Assembly (NCBI GenBank): GCA_965203355.1
Contig: OZ241889.1
Location: 256,001-320,000 of the forward strand
From: Candidatus Latescibacterota bacterium
GTDB taxonomy: Bacteria; Latescibacterota; UBA2968; UBA8231
Direction of reading: 5' to 3'
Length of the DNA: 64,000 nucleotides
The notes under the pieces were generated by a model. That model was not told the origin of the DNA and did no database searches. It saw only the letters and a list, made by a program, of their open reading frames with translations. Positions 1-9,782 of the stretch are shown in pieces. The stretch's first letter is position 1. Each line of letters starts with the position of its first letter. The position numbers were made by a program, and so were the translations under genes.

Positions 1-664
1 ACATCAGCCCCCAAGCCGCCACCGACCCAATCACCGCCAGCGCGAAATCCGCCTGCCGCGCAATCTCCCGCAGCGGACGTCCGCCCGCCCGTTGCTCCTC
101 GACACTCGGCGCGGAAAAGGAGACAAAACAGAGCACTGGTAAAACCAGCGCATGAACGGCGGCAATCCCCAAAAAAGAGCCAGCGAACAAATGGTCGGGA
201 AACCACGCCCGCGACCACGCCGCCAGATTGGAGCCCGACACCGCGGCCACAACGCCTCCGGCCATCACCAGCGAAATGGCGCGACTGCGAAAATCCTCGG
301 CGACCACCTCGGCAGCAGCAAAGCGATAATAGGTGGCAAAGCCATTGACCGCGCCAATGCCCAACCCACCCAAACAAAGCAGCGCAAAATGGCCTTGGTA
401 CACGGCCAAGCACCCCATCACACCCCCGACGACGCCCAGCGCAGCACCCAGCGCAAAACCCAACTTGCGGCCCCGCCGCTGCATTAGCTGCGCCGCGGGC
501 ACCGTCATTATCATCGTGGCCATTGGTGCCAGTGCCAGCGGCAGGGTAGCAAGCGCGGGATTGGGGGTCAACCGCTGGCCGATGAGCGCCATGCTCGAAA
601 GCATGACAAGGCTGGCGGTACGCGAGAGGGCCTCGCACAAAAAGAGCAGCGAAAGATTTTTCAC
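1..664 (-). CDS. MFS transporter, N-terminal part (runs off the window start)
   Basis: Manual translation from GTG at 664: MKNLSLLFLCEALSRTASLVML...QLMQRRGRKLGFALG...YYRFAAAEVV...RSRAISLVMAGG. Multiple hydrophobic helices and an MFS motif-A-like RRGRK. Not in the ORF track because it is truncated. Confidence 0.85.
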   Translation of the reverse strand, partial: MKNLSLLFLCEALSRTASLVMLSSMALIGQRLTPNPALATLPLALAPMATMIMTVPAAQLMQRRGRKLGFALGAALGVVGGVMGCLAVYQGHFALLCLGGLGIGAVNGFATYYRFAAAEVVAEDFRSRAISLVMAGGVVAAVSGSNLAAWSRAWFPDHLFAGSFLGIAAVHALVLPVLCFVSFSAPSVEEQRAGGRPLREIARQADFALAVIGSVAAWGLM

Positions 665-694
665 GCTGGCTAAACCGGTCGGCCCCGTCGCTGA

Positions 695-1756
695 TTAATT
701 TTTTTCTCGCCGCGTCTTTACCGCCGCAGCCAATTCCTCCAACACCGCCACCGTATCCTCCCACCCCATACAGGCATCGGTAATGCTCTGCCCATACACC
801 AACTCCGCACCCGCCCGCTGTTTCTGGTTGCCCTCGATCAGGTGGCTCTCCAGCATCACCCCGAAAACATCCTGCGTCCCGCCCGCCACCTGTGCGGCGA
901 CCGCGTGTGCAACCGTCGGCTGGCGTTTGTGATCCTTGTCGCTGTTGCCGTGGCTGCAATCGATCATCACGCGATGCGGCAAATCCGCCTCCTTGAGCCG
1001 GGCCGCGGCCGCGCCAACGCTGGCGTGATCGTAGTTGGCCCCGTCGCGGCCGCCGCGCAAAATCAAATGGCAACTCGCATTGCCCGAAGTCCCGACGATC
1101 GCCGCAATGCCTTGCTTGGTCACCGAGAGAAAGTGATGCGGGTGCCGGGCCGCGCCAATGGCGTCGAGCGCAATCTGCACATTGCCCGCGGTCCCGTTCT
1201 TGAAGCCAACCGGCATCGACAGGCCCGAAGCCAATTCGCGGTGGACCTGACTCTCGGTAGTGCGCGCGCCAATGGCACCCCAAGCAATCAGGTCCGCGAT
1301 AAATTGCGGCGTGATGGTGTCGAGGAACTCCGAAGCGGCTGGCAAGCCCATATCTCCCAACTGCACCAACAGGCCGCGTGCGGCACGCAAGCCGCTGTTG
1401 ATCGCGAAGCTGTCGTCCAAGTGCGGGTCGTTGATCAAGCCCTTCCAGCCGACGGTCGTGCGCGGCTTCTCAAAATACACGCGCATCACCACAAACAGCT
1501 CGTCGCTTAGGGCCGCCGCTTTTTCCCGCAGCCGTGCGGCGTATTCGAGTGCGGCTTGGGGATCGTGAATAGAACACGGCCCGACCACCACCGCCAGCCG
1601 GTCGTCCGCTCCGGCCAGTATGGCGTCCAATGTGCGCCGGGCCGCAACCACCGTGTGAGAAGCCGCCTCCGAAATGGGCAACTCTTCCATCAGAATCGCT
1701 GGCGGAATGAGCGGTTTAAGTTGAGCAATGCGTAGATCGTCCGTTGATTCGAGCAA
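695..1756 (-). CDS. aroG: 3-deoxy-7-phosphoheptulonate (DAHP) synthase, class I alpha
   Basis: GPCSIHD, RVYFEKPRTTVGWKG, IGARTTESQVHRE, DCSHGNS and YGQSITDAC motifs. The isozyme (aroF/G/H) cannot be resolved. Confidence 0.95.
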   Translation of the reverse strand: MLESTDDLRIAQLKPLIPPAILMEELPISEAASHTVVAARRTLDAILAGADDRLAVVVGPCSIHDPQAALEYAARLREKAAALSDELFVVMRVYFEKPRTTVGWKGLINDPHLDDSFAINSGLRAARGLLVQLGDMGLPAASEFLDTITPQFIADLIAWGAIGARTTESQVHRELASGLSMPVGFKNGTAGNVQIALDAIGAARHPHHFLSVTKQGIAAIVGTSGNASCHLILRGGRDGANYDHASVGAAAARLKEADLPHRVMIDCSHGNSDKDHKRQPTVAHAVAAQVAGGTQDVFGVMLESHLIEGNQKQRAGAELVYGQSITDACMGWEDTVAVLEELAAAVKTRREKN

Positions 1757-1863
1757 GTCTTTCCACTCCTTTAGTAAGTTAGGTTAAGCCGTTGCGGCGG
1801 CTTGACACGCCTAGTCCCAAACCCGTATATAAGGCGCTTTTTCACCTCAACCAGTGCGCTATC

Positions 1864-2865
1864 ATGGGAAATACTCCACCGGCCGAAGGCATCCGCGTCC
1901 CCGCGGCTGCTTTGCGCCAACTTGCCGCCGACTGCTTCCAGCAAGCTGGCACCAACTCGGCAGACGCCCAACTCCTCGCCGACCTGTTGACGGCCACCGA
2001 CCTGCGCGGCGTCAATAGTCACGGTACTTGGCAACTGCCCGGGTACGTGCATATGATGCTCAAAGGCCGCGTCAATCCCCGCCCTAATATACAGGTGACC
2101 CGTTCGACCACCACTGCCCGCGTCTATGACGGCGATGGCGGCATGGGGCACTTTCCCTGCCACCAAGCCATGACTTGGGTCGCTGAGACAGCGGCGGCAT
2201 ACGGCACGGCGGCGGCGACCACCCGCAACCACTTCCACTTTGGCAGTGCCGGCAAGTACTCGCGGATAGCGGCGGCGGCGGGCTGCGTGGGGATCGCCAT
2301 TTCCTCGCATCGCTACGATTTGCCGCCGGACTCGCTAGTCAAAGGCGTCAACGCCACGTCGCCGATCAGCATCGCCTTCCCCAACCGGGAGCAACCCCCC
2401 CTCGTGCTCGACATGGGCGCACACATGCTACCGTGGAGCGAGGAACTCTTCGCGCAGGTTCCCTTCGCTTTCTTCAAGGAACTGGGCATCGGCGCGGTAA
2501 ACCGGGCGCTGGGCGGCGTACTGGCCGGGATTTACTTGCCGCAATTTATCCCGCCGACATCGCCGTGGGAATCCAACCAAGGGTCTTTTCTCGCGGCCTT
2601 TGACGTGCGCGCTTTTATGCCTTTAGAAGAATTCCAAGCGCAGATGGACGCATTCGTTGCCGCCGCCCGCAACATGCAGCCCTTCCCCGGGCTCGACCGC
2701 GCCGAACTGCCCGGCAATCTGGAGTGGCACCAAGAGCGCGAGTACGGCCGCGACGGCGTGCCCATCGGCCCCCAGCACCAACAGCGTCTTCAGAAACTAG
2801 CCGACGAGCTGGGCCTGGCCCCTCCCTTCGCGGCCTACGAACACACCCGCTTTACGACCGAATAA
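1864..2865 (+). CDS. Ldh_2 family (malate/L-lactate/ureidoglycolate dehydrogenase-like) oxidoreductase
   Basis: DLRGVNSHG, DGDGGMG, NHFHFG, PLVLDM and LPG motifs. ATG at 1864 preferred over the upstream TTG. Confidence 0.88.
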   Translation: MGNTPPAEGIRVPAAALRQLAADCFQQAGTNSADAQLLADLLTATDLRGVNSHGTWQLPGYVHMMLKGRVNPRPNIQVTRSTTTARVYDGDGGMGHFPCHQAMTWVAETAAAYGTAAATTRNHFHFGSAGKYSRIAAAAGCVGIAISSHRYDLPPDSLVKGVNATSPISIAFPNREQPPLVLDMGAHMLPWSEELFAQVPFAFFKELGIGAVNRALGGVLAGIYLPQFIPPTSPWESNQGSFLAAFDVRAFMPLEEFQAQMDAFVAAARNMQPFPGLDRAELPGNLEWHQEREYGRDGVPIGPQHQQRLQKLADELGLAPPFAAYEHTRFTTE

Positions 2866-2875
2866 AGAGGAACAG

Positions 2876-3874
2876 ATGGTTCAACCCCGCATCCTGTCCA
2901 GCGTCGAGATCGAGTTTCAAGGCCAAAGCCAAGCCCGTGCGCTTATTGAGCACGCCGGCTTCGCCATCGAGATCCGGCATCCCGAACCCGGCTGGCCCGA
3001 CGAAGAAACGCGCGCCAAGCTAAACGGCTTCGACGCCCTGCTGGCTGGCGGCGAAAACCTCAACGCCGCCACCATGGACCAAGCGGCCAACCTCAAGATC
3101 ATCGCCCGCAACGGCGTCGGTTTCGACAAAGTTGACCTCGATTACTGCACACAGCGCGGCATCGTCGTCACCAATACCCCGGGTGCCATGGCCGACGCCG
3201 TGGCCGACCTGACCTTCGCCCTGCTCCTTGGGATGGTGCGCTCGCTCAGGTTAGGCGACCAGCGGGTCAAGACGGCAGACATCTACGACGTTCCGGTCGG
3301 CCAAGACCTCTGCGCCATGACCTTGGGGCTGGTCGGCTGTGGCCGCATCGGTGCCGAAGTCGTGCGCCGCGCCCGCGGCTTCAAGATGCGAGTCCTCGTC
3401 CACGATCCCCATATCGACGACGCGCAAATCCGCGCCCTCGGGGCCGATCCTGCCGACCGCGCTGCCCTCTTGTCCCAAGCCGACGCCGTTACCTTGCACC
3501 TGCCGCTGACCGAGAACAACCGCCACCTCGTCAATGCCGAGTTTATCGGCCTTATGAAAGAGGGCGCCTACCTGATCAACACCGCCCGCGGCGGTTTGGT
3601 TGACGAAGCCGCCCTGATCGCCGCGCTCGACAGCGGCCACCTAGCCGGCGCCGGCCTCGACTGCCAAGCCACCGAGCCGCCGCAAGGCCAATCCCTCGAA
3701 CTGGTCCGCCGCGACCAGGTGCTGGCCTTACCCCACACCGGCTCCAGGACCCTAAGTGCCCGCCAGCGCATGGCCTTCGTCGCCGCGCAGAGCATCGTCG
3801 CACTATTGCAGGGCAGAGTCCCCGATCACGTGGTCAACAAAGAAGTGCTGGATCGGTTGGATTTGGCGGGGTAG
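2876..3874 (+). CDS. D-isomer-specific 2-hydroxyacid dehydrogenase (SerA-like)
   Basis: ARNGVGFDKVD, TNTPG, GxGxxG (GCGRIG), INTARGGLVDE and LPHTG motifs. RBS AGAGGA. Confidence 0.92.
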   Translation: MVQPRILSSVEIEFQGQSQARALIEHAGFAIEIRHPEPGWPDEETRAKLNGFDALLAGGENLNAATMDQAANLKIIARNGVGFDKVDLDYCTQRGIVVTNTPGAMADAVADLTFALLLGMVRSLRLGDQRVKTADIYDVPVGQDLCAMTLGLVGCGRIGAEVVRRARGFKMRVLVHDPHIDDAQIRALGADPADRAALLSQADAVTLHLPLTENNRHLVNAEFIGLMKEGAYLINTARGGLVDEAALIAALDSGHLAGAGLDCQATEPPQGQSLELVRRDQVLALPHTGSRTLSARQRMAFVAAQSIVALLQGRVPDHVVNKEVLDRLDLAG

Positions 3875-3896
3875 CGGTGAGGACGCGGCGCGAGGA

Positions 3897-4160
3897 TTAC
3901 CACCCGCTGGCCGCGTAAATCGTCAGCAGCAATTCTGCATCGTCGAGCAATCGGTATTCCGGTTTCTTGCCGGACAGTCTTTCGCTGTTGCCCAAGATAA
4001 TAGGCACTCCCTCGCCGCGTTTGTCCATCAGAGTCCGGCGCTCTGTCGTCAGCCAAGGCGCGTCGGGCACCGCACACTTGGCCAGCAAGCTGCAAACCGC
4101 CTCATTCCGCACGGACTGGCGAGTGCTCTGGCGATAAATCATCCAGCCCGGCCATTGATA
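3897..4160 (-). pseudogene. C-terminal remnant of an AlbA_2/HATPase_c_4-type ATP-binding regulator
   Basis: RQSVRNEAVCSLLAKC...MDKRGEGVPIILGNSERLSGKKPEYRLLDDAELLLTIYAA resembles, from recall, the C-terminus of that family. The upstream part of the ORF is not protein-like. It lies at the island edge. Confidence 0.55.
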
Positions 4161-4430
4161 CGGGTTGTTCGTCAAAGCGAATAAGGCGCGTCTGACTGCG
4201 CTGCTGGAACAGGCGGGCGAGAGGTTCTTTCGGGTTGTCGAACATGATTTATGCCGCTTTATAGACATCATAGACATCGATATTCAACGAGTCATAGTAT
4301 ATACCTAAAAAATAAACTTAAACAATAATATATGTATTAGTAGCGAGACATAGTATGCAGCACTTGACGTAGGATCCATTTTAATCTAAATATTACCCGC
4401 TATGTTATCACAATTGGTAGAAAGTCGTCA

Positions 4431-6071
4431 ATGGGAATATTCTATGGTAGTGGTCCTGGACAGGATCTAGCTGAAGTCGTGGATCGTCTGAGCACGGACG
4501 AGTTGCACACTATATTGGGAAAAGACACCGTTTCGCTTATCGAAGCACTCGCTGGTGTCGAGGACAAAAGCGCAATGCTTCGCCGAATCACGACTGAAAT
4601 ACTACGCGATCGGGCAAACGATCTAATGGTGCGCAGCGATATCCGAGAGACTTGTTTCAACGCTATATCACCCGAAAAGCGAATCGAGCTAGCAAATCGA
4701 TTAGGTATTACGGATGTCGATACGCTTCGCACCATGAACCCGACCCAAGATGCCAAGACTTGGCAAGCCTTTCTAGGATTCTTCGGGATTGATGCACACG
4801 ACGCAGCTCCTTTTGCGATTGCCCCCCAACAAGAAACTATTCGGCCCGAATTTGGGTTGTTTCCTCATCAGCGGCTTATGGCCGACCATGTCTACGATGC
4901 CATTCAGGGAGGGCACGGGCGGGTTGTTCTCCACATGCCAACCGGTGCAGGTAAGACTAGAACAGCGATGCATATCGTTAGCCGATTTATGACTGCCTCG
5001 GAGCCGTCCGTTGTCGTTTGGTTAGCCACTAGCGCGGAGTTGCTTGATCAGGCGGCCGACGCCTTCCAAAGCACTTGGTCTCGGCTCGGCAACCGCGAGA
5101 TCGACATCCTGCGTTTCTGGGGAGATTATACCCCAAACCTGTCTAGAACTTCGGACGGCCTAATAATTGCCGGACTACAAAAAATGTATGCACTCAAGAC
5201 GAGGGACCATATCGATATTTTGCGGCTCGCGAAGTCGGTTAAGCTCGTCATTGTCGATGAGGCCCATCAAGCAATTGCGCCAAGCTATCGGGAAGTAATC
5301 GATATCTTGGCCGAAACTGGTAAAAATAATGCTCTCTTGGGTTTGACAGCGACACCGGGGCGTACATACTCAGATATTGAGGCCGACGAGCGGCTGTCTG
5401 ATTTTTTCGACGGACGAAAGGTCATGCTCAAAGTGGAGGGTCGGGACGACCCGATTTCTTTTCTTATAGAACAGGGGTATTTAGCGCATCCAACGTTCCG
5501 ACTCCTTGAGATCCAATCACCCTCTGAACTTAAGTCTCGTCTGAACAAAGTAAATGAAGGAGACGATTACGATTCGACATTACTAGAATTGCTCGCAGGA
5601 CAAGTAGGCCGAAATATCACCATTGTCGATGAAGTACGCCGCTTGATAGCAAAGGGGCACAAGAGGATAATACTGTTCGGTGCTTCCGTACGACACGCTG
5701 AGCTGTTAGCTATGGCTCTATTAGCGGTAGGAATTGATGGACGTGTTGTGACTGCAAACACAGGATCGACCGCCCGTACGCGAATCATCAGAGCATTTCG
5801 AGAATCTTCCGCAAAGCCTATCGTCCTGTGTAACTTCGGCGTCCTGACGACCGGATTTGACGCGCCGAACACAAGCGCAGCCGTGATTGCCCGACCAACT
5901 AAGTCTCTCGTGTTGTTCAGTCAGATGGTAGGCCGTGCGACACGGGGCCCCAAGGCCGGCGGCAACGAAACCTGCGAAATCTCCACTGTAATTGACACCG
6001 ACTTACCTGGATTCGGCGATATAGCCGAGGCTTTTACCAATTGGGAGGATGTGTGGCATGCCCCACGCTGA
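4431..6071 (+). CDS. SF2 (DEAH/ResIII-like) helicase
   Basis: Q-motif LFPHQ, Walker A HMPTGAGKT, IVDEAHQ, motif III LTATPGR, motif V LTTGFDAP, motif VI QMVGRATR. Confidence 0.93.
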   Translation: MGIFYGSGPGQDLAEVVDRLSTDELHTILGKDTVSLIEALAGVEDKSAMLRRITTEILRDRANDLMVRSDIRETCFNAISPEKRIELANRLGITDVDTLRTMNPTQDAKTWQAFLGFFGIDAHDAAPFAIAPQQETIRPEFGLFPHQRLMADHVYDAIQGGHGRVVLHMPTGAGKTRTAMHIVSRFMTASEPSVVVWLATSAELLDQAADAFQSTWSRLGNREIDILRFWGDYTPNLSRTSDGLIIAGLQKMYALKTRDHIDILRLAKSVKLVIVDEAHQAIAPSYREVIDILAETGKNNALLGLTATPGRTYSDIEADERLSDFFDGRKVMLKVEGRDDPISFLIEQGYLAHPTFRLLEIQSPSELKSRLNKVNEGDDYDSTLLELLAGQVGRNITIVDEVRRLIAKGHKRIILFGASVRHAELLAMALLAVGIDGRVVTANTGSTARTRIIRAFRESSAKPIVLCNFGVLTTGFDAPNTSAAVIARPTKSLVLFSQMVGRATRGPKAGGNETCEISTVIDTDLPGFGDIAEAFTNWEDVWHAPR

Positions 6072-7917
6072 AGAAGCAGTTGACCAAGGAGATCTATTCG
6101 ACGCCCAGATCATTCCCGTGCGTCTAGCTATAACTGCGATGCGCGACTCTGGATATAAGAATACGGCCTATGCACTCGCGGAGTTGATCGACAATGCAGT
6201 GCAAGCCAATGCCTCAATGATTGAGGTATTCTGTATCGAAAAACGTGAGCCTCTTCAGACCCGTACACGCTCAAGGCTTTGGGAAATCGCAGTGCTCGAC
6301 AATGGATCGGGTATGGATCTCCAAGCGTTGTGGATGGCACTCCAGTTTGGTAACGGTACCCGCCTTAGTGATCGAACCGGTATTGGTCGCTTCGGCATGG
6401 GCTTACCGAATGCGTCAATCTCGCAAGCTAGGAGGGTGGACGTTTGGAGTTGGCAGAATGGGACGGCCAACGCGATAAAATCTTTCATTGACCTAGCGGA
6501 GATCGATAGGGGAGACATGAGCGATGTACCAAAGCCTGTGCATGACCCCGTGCCCGAGCGATGGAGGATGCTTTCCGATCACATCGGACAATGTGGGACC
6601 TTGGTGGTGTGGTCAAATCTAGACTTTGAAAGGCTAACTTGGAAGAGTAGTAAAAGTGCTCTAAGGCACACCGAAAGAATCGTAGGCCGTGTATATAGAC
6701 GCTTCATATCAGATAAAAAAGTAACAATTAGGCTATATGCGATGGAGGATGGTGCCGATGATAAGCCGATTTTCGATCGGGAAACCTCAGTAAATGATCC
6801 ACTTTACCTTGTTCCTGTGGAAGAATTACCCTCCCCATTCAGTAAGCAACCGATGTTCACGCATGTTTTTGATGATCCTTATGATATAGAGTATGATGGG
6901 AAGGTGCATACGGTAAAGACTCGCTATTCAGTAGCGTCTGAGGATACAATAACCGAAGCTGGAGTTGGTGATCGTGGACAAACGAAATATGGGAAACATG
7001 CCCAAGGAAACATGGGCGTTTCGGTCCTCCGTGCAGGGCGTGAGATCATGATCGACCATGGGTGGTGTATCGGTTATGATCCGAGAGAACGTTGGTGGGG
7101 TGCAGAAGTGGAATTCCCTCCCCAACTCGACGAGGTATTTGGAGTGACAAACAATAAACAAGCAGCGACCCACTTTGCCGAGTTGGCTACGATGGAATGG
7201 CAAGAACTCGCGGAAGAAGGTGAACAATTCATTGATGTCGTGAAACGCCTGAAAGAGGATAGAGACCCCCGTGGATGGTTACTCGGCCTGAGCGATAGCA
7301 TTAAGCGGAATCTCAAGAGATTGCGCGGGATAGTCAACGGACAAGGCGCGGGAAGACGGTCAAGCGGACGGACACGTCATGCCGTCGATGATGCCACGAA
7401 GACTGTCAATGAGAGATGGAAGGAGCGATCCAAGGAACAGCCTTTAGAAGAGGACAAAAAATCGCCAACGGAAAACGACCTTAACTATATTCGTACCGAT
7501 CTTACTAAAAATAAGAAGTACAGTGACTCGGATGCAGAAGAACTCGTATCTCTGATCAGAGATACGGAGCTGAAGGTGGTATTTCTCGAAGCAGACTTTC
7601 CCGATCCTTTTAATCTCTTTAATGTAGAGATGAAAGGAAATATTACAGAAATAACATTCAATAGGAAGCATCCTGCTTTTGACTATATCTTTGGTACGAT
7701 CAAGACCGCCGACGAGGACGTACGTAATCTTTCTCAAGAAGAAGTAATAGAACGCTTAACAAGAGCTGTCAACGCCGGAAAGATCATCTTCGCAGCGTGG
7801 GGACGTTATGAAAGAGAAGCAGGGGTTGATCGCGTTAAAGCTCTTCAGAAGGTTCGACTTGAATGGGGACAAATCGCGGCACAGTTTCTAGATCAGGACG
7901 ACAATCTCTCGCTATAG
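6058..7917 (+). CDS. GHKL (MORC/MutL-like, HATPase_c_3) ATPase
   Basis: RDSGY...LAELIDNA, VLDNGSGM, GIGRFGMGL, GTLV, and later FGVTNNKQ. ATG at 6058 follows GGAGG and overlaps the end of the helicase gene. Confidence 0.9.
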   Translation: MPHAEEAVDQGDLFDAQIIPVRLAITAMRDSGYKNTAYALAELIDNAVQANASMIEVFCIEKREPLQTRTRSRLWEIAVLDNGSGMDLQALWMALQFGNGTRLSDRTGIGRFGMGLPNASISQARRVDVWSWQNGTANAIKSFIDLAEIDRGDMSDVPKPVHDPVPERWRMLSDHIGQCGTLVVWSNLDFERLTWKSSKSALRHTERIVGRVYRRFISDKKVTIRLYAMEDGADDKPIFDRETSVNDPLYLVPVEELPSPFSKQPMFTHVFDDPYDIEYDGKVHTVKTRYSVASEDTITEAGVGDRGQTKYGKHAQGNMGVSVLRAGREIMIDHGWCIGYDPRERWWGAEVEFPPQLDEVFGVTNNKQAATHFAELATMEWQELAEEGEQFIDVVKRLKEDRDPRGWLLGLSDSIKRNLKRLRGIVNGQGAGRRSSGRTRHAVDDATKTVNERWKERSKEQPLEEDKKSPTENDLNYIRTDLTKNKKYSDSDAEELVSLIRDTELKVVFLEADFPDPFNLFNVEMKGNITEITFNRKHPAFDYIFGTIKTADEDVRNLSQEEVIERLTRAVNAGKIIFAAWGRYEREAGVDRVKALQKVRLEWGQIAAQFLDQDDNLSL

Positions 7918-7935
7918 GATTTGGAGAAGTAGGTT

Positions 7936-8844
7936 ATGATCGCGGACGGCGAGCGCCTGAAGGAGCTCTTAGAGAAAGCTGAGCACCGAGTAATTTTGTG
8001 CGCTCCATTCATTAAAGCGGCAGTGCTACGGACTATTCTATTAGTCGTGCCCGAGACAGTACCAGTAAAGATTGTCACGAGGTGGCGAGCAACCGAAATC
8101 GCTGTAGGAATAAGCGACCTTGAGGTGCTACAGATTGCGACCGACAGGCCGCACACTGAGCTTTGGCTATTGGATGATCTCCATGCCAAACTCTACATTG
8201 CAGATGATAAGTGCCTTGTGGGATCTGCCAATTTGACGGCGAGTGCTTTAGGCTGGTCAAAAAACAGCAATATAGAACTTCTGATTTCAGCAAAGTCAAC
8301 TGATTCTGATATCGCCTTTCTTTTAGAGCAACTTGAAGCAGCGGAGCTTGCAACTGTCGCGACTCGTGCAAAAATTGAGGCAATGGTAGCTAATCTCAAA
8401 GAGACAAGACTCGAAGAAGGGGAAGACATGACGGATGAAAGTTCAGTCCGTCAATTGGCTTGGCTGCCCCGTTGTGCAGCCCCAGACAAGCTCTATGAGA
8501 TTTATCGAAACTCGGAGACAACAGTTGTAGTGGAGGGCACTAAGGAGGATGGCCTTGCAGATCTAAGGGATCTGCAGATTCGACCTGGGCTCCCGGCAAT
8601 GACTTTCAAAGACAACGTACGGAACACCCTTCTCTTGATGCCTGCATTCGCTCGAATCATTGAGGATGTGCCCCAAAGTCTTACGGATGCCGAAGGAACT
8701 GCACGGGTCGAGGAAGCTCGTCCTGACTTGGATGAGCAAGATGCGAGAGAACAATGGCGTATTGTACGGGACTGGATTGAGAGCTTCTTTGGAGACATGT
8801 TTGAGGTAGCTCCAGCATCGTTTGTCACTCGTCTGAGATCATGA
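7936..8844 (+). CDS. PLD-superfamily (single HKD) nuclease-domain protein with uncharacterised C-terminal domain
   Basis: LCAPFI, LHAKLYIADD (HxKxxxxD), VGSANLT and NxE motifs. Confidence 0.88.
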   Translation: MIADGERLKELLEKAEHRVILCAPFIKAAVLRTILLVVPETVPVKIVTRWRATEIAVGISDLEVLQIATDRPHTELWLLDDLHAKLYIADDKCLVGSANLTASALGWSKNSNIELLISAKSTDSDIAFLLEQLEAAELATVATRAKIEAMVANLKETRLEEGEDMTDESSVRQLAWLPRCAAPDKLYEIYRNSETTVVVEGTKEDGLADLRDLQIRPGLPAMTFKDNVRNTLLLMPAFARIIEDVPQSLTDAEGTARVEEARPDLDEQDAREQWRIVRDWIESFFGDMFEVAPASFVTRLRS

Positions 8845-8972
8845 TATTAATATCAAAAAAAAGTATCTAGTTGTCTTCGAGTACCGAACTGTCCTACCCA
8901 TCATCTAAATCCCCTCGTAGTCCAATTGTGTTTATAGCTTATAGCCTCCGTCAAATTCAAAGGCCCCTTCTC

Positions 8973-9776
8973 TCAAAGATGACAAATAGCGCACCCGTCC
9001 AAGTCCTCCCCAGCGGGCACCTCATAGCGCTTTTCTAACTTTTCGACGTCCTCTAGGGAGCGTCCATTTACCCAAGTATACTTTCTTCCACTCTCCTCTT
9101 TCTCGTAGTCCTTGGCCTTCTCAAACAATTCGGGATGGTTCTCCTTGAGTCCCTGCCACTCTCCAATCTGTTGATAGAAGCAAAAATAACACCCCGATCT
9201 TGAACGCCAGCGATAGTAAGGGGGGAGTCCGAGACCTGATTGATCGAGTAGTCCCTTCACTTCTTCTAAGCCGATACCATCCTCTTTGAACGGATATATA
9301 GGAATGATATTATTCGCCTCAGAGAGCATAACTGGTTTGCGCTGCTGATAACCTGTGCGCTGCTCGTCTGCCCGAATGCCTATATAGGTATAGGCGCGAT
9401 CATTTCCTATTTCTCGCTCAAAGGGTTTAATCTTCAACACACGCGTACACCAACGGGCCTGTGGGCTAGGGAGAAAGCCGCCGTAGTACTCCTTGAGATA
9501 AACATCGAACGGCTTGCGATCTTCCTTTTCTCGGATACCCAACATCCCAAGAACGTTTAAGCGCTTGACCTCAACACTAAAAATCGCCTCAAATCGTTCA
9601 ATGTATTCGTAGGTCTCCTTCAGTTCCGCTCCCGTATCGCAGAATATGAACTCAAGGTCTAGCTGCGGATAGTTTTCCAAGAGGTAAATGCCGAGCGCGG
9701 TGGAATCTTTACCGCCCGAAAATGAAACCACATGGCGAGCATCGGTATCCTGAAGCGCATCCTTCATCAGAGTCAT
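8973..9776 (-). CDS. sspD: PAPS-reductase-family PT modification protein, SspD-like
   Basis: PP-loop SFSGGKDS, CDTGAE, RWCT, GIRADE, RSGCYFC and C-terminal CAICHL, in operon context with DUF4007 and a cysteine desulfurase. Confidence 0.85.
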   Translation of the reverse strand: MTLMKDALQDTDARHVVSFSGGKDSTALGIYLLENYPQLDLEFIFCDTGAELKETYEYIERFEAIFSVEVKRLNVLGMLGIREKEDRKPFDVYLKEYYGGFLPSPQARWCTRVLKIKPFEREIGNDRAYTYIGIRADEQRTGYQQRKPVMLSEANNIIPIYPFKEDGIGLEEVKGLLDQSGLGLPPYYRWRSRSGCYFCFYQQIGEWQGLKENHPELFEKAKDYEKEESGRKYTWVNGRSLEDVEKLEKRYEVPAGEDLDGCAICHL

Positions 9777-9782
9777 GGCCTG

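Noticed and set aside
4364-4392. Sigma70 promoter TTGACG-N17-TAAATA upstream of the helicase
   Set aside because: The -10 match is imperfect in an AT-rich region. Plausible, but not supportable as a feature.
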